NCBI RefSeq assembly: GCF_014251775.1
Contig: NZ_CP059199.1
Span: 510,001 to 542,000, forward strand
Direction of reading: 5' to 3'
DNA length: 32,000 nucleotides
Source: Candidatus Saccharimonadota bacterium
GTDB taxonomy: Bacteria; Bacteroidota; Bacteroidia; Flavobacteriales; Blattabacteriaceae
Each line of letters begins with the position of its first letter. Within the stretch, counting starts at the first letter, position 1. The translations under genes were made by a program, and so were the position numbers. Below, in pieces: positions 27,464 through 32,000 of this stretch. The notes under the pieces were generated by a model. It did no database searches. It was not told where the DNA came from and saw only the letters and a list, made by a program, of their open reading frames with translations.

Positions 27464-28892
27464 ATATTCTATTTAAAATATTTTTTAATCCAGTTTCTTT
27501 TTCTATCAATTTAGATATTTCTTTTATATGTATTCTTTGTTGATTCATATTATCCCTATATCTTACTGTTACAGTATTTGTATTTTTAGTTAGATAATCT
27601 ACAGTAAAACAAAGTGGAGTTCCTATAGCATCTTGTCTTCGATATAATTTACCTATAGTTCCTTTATTATCATAAATCATTGGATAATGAATTTTCATAT
27701 TGTTAAATATATTTTTTGCAATATCAGGTATGCCATCTTTATTTACCAATGGTAGAATAGCAGCTTTTATTGGAGATAAGAAAGAAGGTAGTTTTAAAAC
27801 TACTCTAGTTTTTCCATTCTTTAGAATTTCTTTTTTTAAAGAAGAAAAAAGTATGGCAAGAAAAATTCTATCTAATCCTAAAGAAGTTTCTATCACATAA
27901 GGAATAATAGTTTTTCCATTTACTTCAGATATCCCTAATTTTTTTTTAGAAAAAAGTTCATGTTGTTTTATATCAAAATCTCTTCTGGAATGAATACCTT
28001 CTAATTCTTTAAATCCAAAAGGAAAATCAAATTCTATATCCATTCCGATACTAGCATAATGAGCCAAACTATCATGATTAAATAATTTATATTTTTCTTT
28101 CCCTAAGTTTAATTCAAAATGCCATTTTAAACGATAATTTTTCCAGTATTCATACCATAATTTTTCTTCTTCTTTTTTAGGATAAATAAAAAATTGTAAT
28201 TCCATTTGTTCAAATTCTCTTAATCTGAACAAAAATTGTCTTGCTGTTATTTCGTTTCTAAACGATTTTCCTATTTGAGCAATTCCAAATGGAATTTTAA
28301 ATCTATTTGTTATTCTAACATTTTGAAAATTACAAAAACTACCTTGTGCAGTTTCTGGACGTAAAAATAAATTTTTAAAATTTTTAATTTCAAACATCAT
28401 ATTAAAATACCGAATATTTGTCCAATCTTTAGTTTTGGTTAATGGATCACATATATTTAACTCATCAATTATTTTTTTTATTCCTAATAAATCTTTTTTT
28501 TTCAAAAATTTTAATAAACGTGAAACAATCTTATTCCTTTCATCAGGATTTTTTTTGAAATATTTTTTTACATGATTCATAATTAATAAATCCGGACGAT
28601 ATCTTTTTTTAGATGTTTTATTATCGATTAATAATTCATTAAATTTACTAGCGTGTTTAGAAGCCTTCCATACGTTGGGATGCATTAATATAGAAGAATC
28701 CATTCCTACTATATTATCATTAATTTGTACCATTGATTTCCACCAATATTCTTTGATATTATTTTTTAATTCGACTCCATATTGGCCATAATCAAAAATT
28801 GCATTTATTCCTCCATAAATTTCACTAGAAGGAAAAATAAATCCATTATTTTTAGAATGAGATATTAAAAATTCCAATAATTTTTTTTTCAT
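27453..28892 (-). CDS. glyQS: Glycyl-tRNA synthetase (class II, single-chain dimeric type)
   Basis: GFIFPSSEIYGGINAIFDYGQYGVELKNNIK, FRNEITARQFLFRLREFEQMELQFF (motif 2) and ETSLGLDR. The C-terminal anticodon-binding domain is present. Confidence 0.93.
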   Translation of the reverse strand: MKKKLLEFLISHSKNNGFIFPSSEIYGGINAIFDYGQYGVELKNNIKEYWWKSMVQINDNIVGMDSSILMHPNVWKASKHASKFNELLIDNKTSKKRYRPDLLIMNHVKKYFKKNPDERNKIVSRLLKFLKKKDLLGIKKIIDELNICDPLTKTKDWTNIRYFNMMFEIKNFKNLFLRPETAQGSFCNFQNVRITNRFKIPFGIAQIGKSFRNEITARQFLFRLREFEQMELQFFIYPKKEEEKLWYEYWKNYRLKWHFELNLGKEKYKLFNHDSLAHYASIGMDIEFDFPFGFKELEGIHSRRDFDIKQHELFSKKKLGISEVNGKTIIPYVIETSLGLDRIFLAILFSSLKKEILKNGKTRVVLKLPSFLSPIKAAILPLVNKDGIPDIAKNIFNNMKIHYPMIYDNKGTIGKLYRRQDAIGTPLCFTVDYLTKNTNTVTVRYRDNMNQQRIHIKEISKLIEKETGLKNILNRISNN

Positions 28893-28898
28893 AGATTA

Positions 28899-29855
28899 TT
28901 ATAATGAATACAAATATTTTTCTAAATCTAATGCAGCCATACATCCACTTCCAGCAGATGTTATAGCTTGTCTATAATCAGGATCTTGTACATCACCAGC
29001 GGCAAATATACCTGGATTACTTGTTAAAGTTTTTCCCTTTTCTACAACAATAAATCCTTTTTCAGTTAAATCTATTTGATTTTTAAAAATTTTTGTATTT
29101 GGATAAAATCCTATAGCAATAAATAAACCGTTAATCATTTTAGTTTCATATTTCTTATCTTGATTATTGAAAAATTTAATTCCTTCTAAAAAATTTTTTC
29201 CCATAATTTCTACAATAGTAGATTGAAATAAAACATTTATATTTTTTTTTTTATAAATTCTATGTTGTAATATTTTTGATCCTTTAAAATAATTTTTTCT
29301 TACTAAAATATAAACATTATTACATATTTTAGCTAAATAATTAGCTTCCTCTAATGCAGTATCACCTCCTCCTACTATTGCTACATTTTTATTTTTATAA
29401 AAAAAACCATCACAAGTAGCACATAAAGAAACTCCTGATCCTAATAATTTTTTTTCATTTTTTATTCCCAAAAAATTAGGAGTAGACCCCGTAGCGATAA
29501 TAACACCTTGACTTTTTAAAACATTTTTATTTTTTTTGCCAAAAAAAATTTTATGAATTCCACCTTTTTTTTCTGAAAATAAAACACTAGTAACGGATTC
29601 ATTTAATATCTTTACATCAAAACGTGTTATTTGTTTTTTGCAATTATCCATTAATTCAACACCGTCTATTCCATTTGGAAAACCTAGATAATTATCAACC
29701 CTATTAGTAGTTGTTAGTTGACCACCTGGTAATTTTCCTGATAAAATTATAGGATTTAAATCTGATCTAGCTGCATAAATAGATGCAGAATATCCTGCTG
29801 GGCCTGATCCAATAATAATACATTTATATATTTTCTTAAGATCTATTTTATACAT
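28899..29855 (-). CDS. trxB: Thioredoxin-disulfide reductase
   Basis: GSGPAGYSASIYAAR (FAD), redox-active CATCDG, GGGDTALEEA (NADPH) and FAAGDV. 318 aa. Confidence 0.94.
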   Translation of the reverse strand: MYKIDLKKIYKCIIIGSGPAGYSASIYAARSDLNPIILSGKLPGGQLTTTNRVDNYLGFPNGIDGVELMDNCKKQITRFDVKILNESVTSVLFSEKKGGIHKIFFGKKNKNVLKSQGVIIATGSTPNFLGIKNEKKLLGSGVSLCATCDGFFYKNKNVAIVGGGDTALEEANYLAKICNNVYILVRKNYFKGSKILQHRIYKKKNINVLFQSTIVEIMGKNFLEGIKFFNNQDKKYETKMINGLFIAIGFYPNTKIFKNQIDLTEKGFIVVEKGKTLTSNPGIFAAGDVQDPDYRQAITSAGSGCMAALDLEKYLYSL

Positions 29856-29905
29856 TTTTTATAAATTATTGATTTTATTATTACATAATTAAATTAATAT
29901 TATCT

Positions 29906-30349
29906 ATGTATAATAATACATTTAATTTTTTTATAAGAAAAAACCTCATTTTAAAAAGAATAAATCGAAAAATATTTATTTTTTGTATAAAAAGAAAAAA
30001 ATTTTTTTCCTTTAAAAAAGAAGAAGTTGTCAGACAACATATTCTTTTTATACTAAAAAATATAAAAAATTATAAAGATTCAGATATTTTAGTAGAAAGT
30101 TCAATACGGATCAATAATTCCTTAAATCTAAGATTAGATATCTTAGTTTTTTTTAAAAAAAAACCACATATATTAATTGAGTGTAAATCACCTAATATAG
30201 TCATAACACAAAAAACATTTGATCAAATTTCTGCTTATAACAAATTTGTCAAGTCTAATTATTTAATGATCAGTAATGGAATTAAAAATTTTATTTTCAA
30301 AAAAAATAAACAGAAAAAAAAATTTTATTTTATAAGATATATTCCTTAA
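29906..30349 (+). CDS. Small HsdR_N-like (type I restriction enzyme R N-terminal domain-like) PD-(D/E)XK-fold protein, function unknown
   Basis: EEVVRQHILFIL...RLDILVFFKKKPHILIECKSPNIVITQKTFDQISAYNKFVKSNYLMISNG. This matches the E.VRQ...R.DIvv...lvECKaP...l....f.Qi..YN...yl.vTNG pattern that I recall for a stand-alone ~150-aa Bacteroidota family. The D...E-C-K catalytic-type residues are present. Confidence 0.7.
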   Translation: MYNNTFNFFIRKNLILKRINRKIFIFCIKRKKFFSFKKEEVVRQHILFILKNIKNYKDSDILVESSIRINNSLNLRLDILVFFKKKPHILIECKSPNIVITQKTFDQISAYNKFVKSNYLMISNGIKNFIFKKNKQKKKFYFIRYIP

Positions 30350-30377
30350 ATAGATAAAAAAATTATATTTAATTCTA

Positions 30378-31400
30378 TTAATTAATAGAATGCATGTATA
30401 CGATAAGTTCTACTAATTTATTTGAATAACCAAATTCATTATCGTACCATGATATAACTTTTAAAAAATTAGAATTTAACATAATACTAGCATTAGCATC
30501 GAAAATAGATATTCTTTTATCACCTATAAAATCTGTTGAGACTACTGGATCTTCTGTATAACCTAATATACCATTTAAATAACTATTAGCTGCTATTTTC
30601 ATTGAATTTTTTATTTGATCATAATCAGTATTTTTTTTTAGACATACGGTAAAATCTAAAACTGATCCATTAGATACAGGGACTCTAAAAGCCATACCAG
30701 TTAATTTTCCATTTAAGCTAGGTATTATTTTTCCTACAGCATTCGCTGCACCAGTAGATGAAGGTATGATATTAATTAATGATGATCTACCCGATCTCCA
30801 ATCTTTATTGGATATAGAGTCAACAACTTTTTGAGTTGCAGTACTAGCATGAATAGTAGTCATTAATCCTTTTAATATCCCAAAATTATCATTTAATACT
30901 TTAACTATGGGGGATAAACAATTTGTAGTGCAAGATGCATTAGATACAATTATATCATTTCTATTCATTTTATTATTATTGACCCCCATTACAAACATTG
31001 GAATATCTCCATCTTTAGGAGGAGCAGATAAAATAACTTTTTCAGCTCCAGATTTTATATGATAATTAGCTAATTCTCTAGTTAAAAAAACACCTGTACA
31101 ATCTACTACATATTTTACATCCAATTTTCCCCATAATAAATTTTGAGGATCTTTTATATTAGTAACCTTAATTTTTTTTCCATTTATCACTAAAAAATTA
31201 TCATTCTCAATGAGAATATTTATACAATTAATATTATTGCTATTATGAATAGAATCATATTTTAATATATATGCTAAGTATTCTATAGATATCAAATCAT
31301 TTATACATACAATTTCAATATCATTCCTATTTATAGCAGATAATAAAACTAATTTTCCTATTCTTCCAATTCCATTAATTCCTATTCTAATAGTAGACAT
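30378..31400 (-). CDS. gap: Glyceraldehyde-3-phosphate dehydrogenase
   Basis: INGIGRIGK (NAD binding), the [10 protein letters not shown] active site and WYDNEFGYS. 340 aa. Confidence 0.95.
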   Translation of the reverse strand: MSTIRIGINGIGRIGKLVLLSAINRNDIEIVCINDLISIEYLAYILKYDSIHNSNNINCINILIENDNFLVINGKKIKVTNIKDPQNLLWGKLDVKYVVDCTGVFLTRELANYHIKSGAEKVILSAPPKDGDIPMFVMGVNNNKMNRNDIIVSNASCTTNCLSPIVKVLNDNFGILKGLMTTIHASTATQKVVDSISNKDWRSGRSSLINIIPSSTGAANAVGKIIPSLNGKLTGMAFRVPVSNGSVLDFTVCLKKNTDYDQIKNSMKIAANSYLNGILGYTEDPVVSTDFIGDKRISIFDANASIMLNSNFLKVISWYDNEFGYSNKLVELIVYMHSIN

Positions 31401-31463
31401 ATGATTAATATTTTTATATATTTAATTAAAAATTTTTATAAAATAAATTGATTTATTTATATT

Positions 31464-32000
31464 TTATTCTTCAATTTTTACAAAAGTCATAAAAGCTGAA
31501 GATGGAATTTCAACTTTTCCTAAAGTACGCATCTTCTTTTTTCCTTTTTTTTGTTTATTTAATAACTTTTTTTTTCGAGTTATATCCCCTCCATAACATT
31601 TTCCAATAACATCTTTTCTAAAAGATTTTATAGTTTCTCTAGCAATAATTTTTCCGGATACAGAAGCTTGAATGGCGATATCAAATTGATGTCTAGGGAT
31701 TATATTTAGTAATCTTTTACAAATTTTTTTTGCAAAAAAATTTATATTTTCTTTATGTACTAACATAGATAAAGATTCTATTTTTTCATAATTAATCAAT
31801 ATAATAATCTTTTTCAATTCAACTAATCTATATCCTATAAAACGATAATCAAAAGTAGCATATCCTTTTGATATAGTCTTTAATTTATTATAAAAATCAA
31901 AAATAATTTCTGATAATGGAAGTTCAAATATAATTCTAACTTTTCCAGATGAAAGATAATATTGATTGATCATTATCCCTCTTTTTTTCGTGCATAAAGA
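31464..32000 (-). CDS. lepA: Elongation factor 4 (LepA), C-terminal part; the gene continues beyond the window end
   Basis: LepA-specific C-terminal domain: GYATFDYRFIGYR, PRHQFDIAIQA and KCYGGDITRKKKLLNKQKKGKKKM. The reading frame stays open upstream of the annotated Met (..SLCTKKRGI-M) to base 32000. Confidence 0.93.
   Translation of the reverse strand, partial: SLCTKKRGIMINQYYLSSGKVRIIFELPLSEIIFDFYNKLKTISKGYATFDYRFIGYRLVELKKIIILINYEKIESLSMLVHKENINFFAKKICKRLLNIIPRHQFDIAIQASVSGKIIARETIKSFRKDVIGKCYGGDITRKKKLLNKQKKGKKKMRTLGKVEIPSSAFMTFVKIEE

Noticed and set aside
1429-27900. Ten short ORFs in the track nested antisense or out-of-frame within larger genes: 1429-1668, 4166-4366, 5719-5991, 11542-11781, 16672-16854, 18632-18823, 21397-21579, 23356-23784, 25852-26040 and 27700-27900.
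   Set aside because: Each lies entirely inside a gene with strong motif-level support (AddB-like, leuB, leuC, era, fabG, menD, secA, fmt, pheT, glyQS). Their products are low-complexity Phe/Ile/Leu/Lys strings, as expected from the reverse or shifted frames of AT-rich coding DNA. No family resemblance was seen.
776-30349. Two PD-(D/E)XK-type proteins (AddB-like and HsdR_N-like) as parts of a defence or restriction-modification system.
   Set aside because: They are 26 kb apart and each is embedded among housekeeping genes. No methyltransferase, specificity subunit, helicase, toxin-antitoxin or other defence-associated gene is nearby.
1-32000. Searched for CRISPR arrays, IS/transposase or integrase genes, rRNA, tmRNA/RNase P/SRP-like RNAs, and long direct or inverted repeats.
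   Set aside because: None were seen. The non-coding spacers are short (157 bp or less) and AT-saturated, lacking the conserved G+C-rich cores of those RNAs. No repeated spacer-repeat periodicity was found, and no ORF has recombinase motifs. A computational repeat or Rfam scan would be needed to exclude small elements rigorously.

Overview
This window is extremely AT-rich (roughly 20-25% G+C by eye, not computed) and very gene-dense. It holds 27 protein genes and 1 tRNA, with no rRNA, CRISPR, transposase, integrase or phage genes. The proteins are rich in Lys, Asn, Ile and Phe. Long poly(A)/poly(T) runs sit inside genes, no Shine-Dalgarno motifs precede the starts, and genes abut or overlap. 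Several protein families are typical of Bacteroidota: DUF2795, a small HsdR_N-like protein, an AddB-like nuclease, and SecA with a long N-terminal insertion. Together these point to a reduced-genome Flavobacteriales obligate insect endosymbiont (Sulcia/Blattabacterium-like); the exact taxon cannot be determined from the sequence alone. The content is housekeeping plus host-provisioning. It includes a leuA-leuC-leuD-leuB leucine operon, ribF, pdxH, menD, fabG, gap, cmk and trxB. Translation genes are tyrS, pheT, glyQS, prfB, fmt, lepA, era and a CAU tRNA. secA, clpB, HU and sanA are also present. I find no convincing multi-gene novel system (defence island, mobile element or secondary metabolism) and consider this an ordinary core-genome region. 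The best leads are conserved proteins of unknown function retained in a minimal genome. These are a hyper-acidic, compositionally aberrant DUF2795 protein just upstream of secA, a 517-aa helical-repeat protein, an orphan HsdR_N-like PD-(D/E)XK protein, and a P-loop-less AddB-like nuclease. There are also domain losses in LeuA (regulatory domain) and PheT (B2 OB-fold), an unframeshifted prfB, and an odd CAU tRNA.
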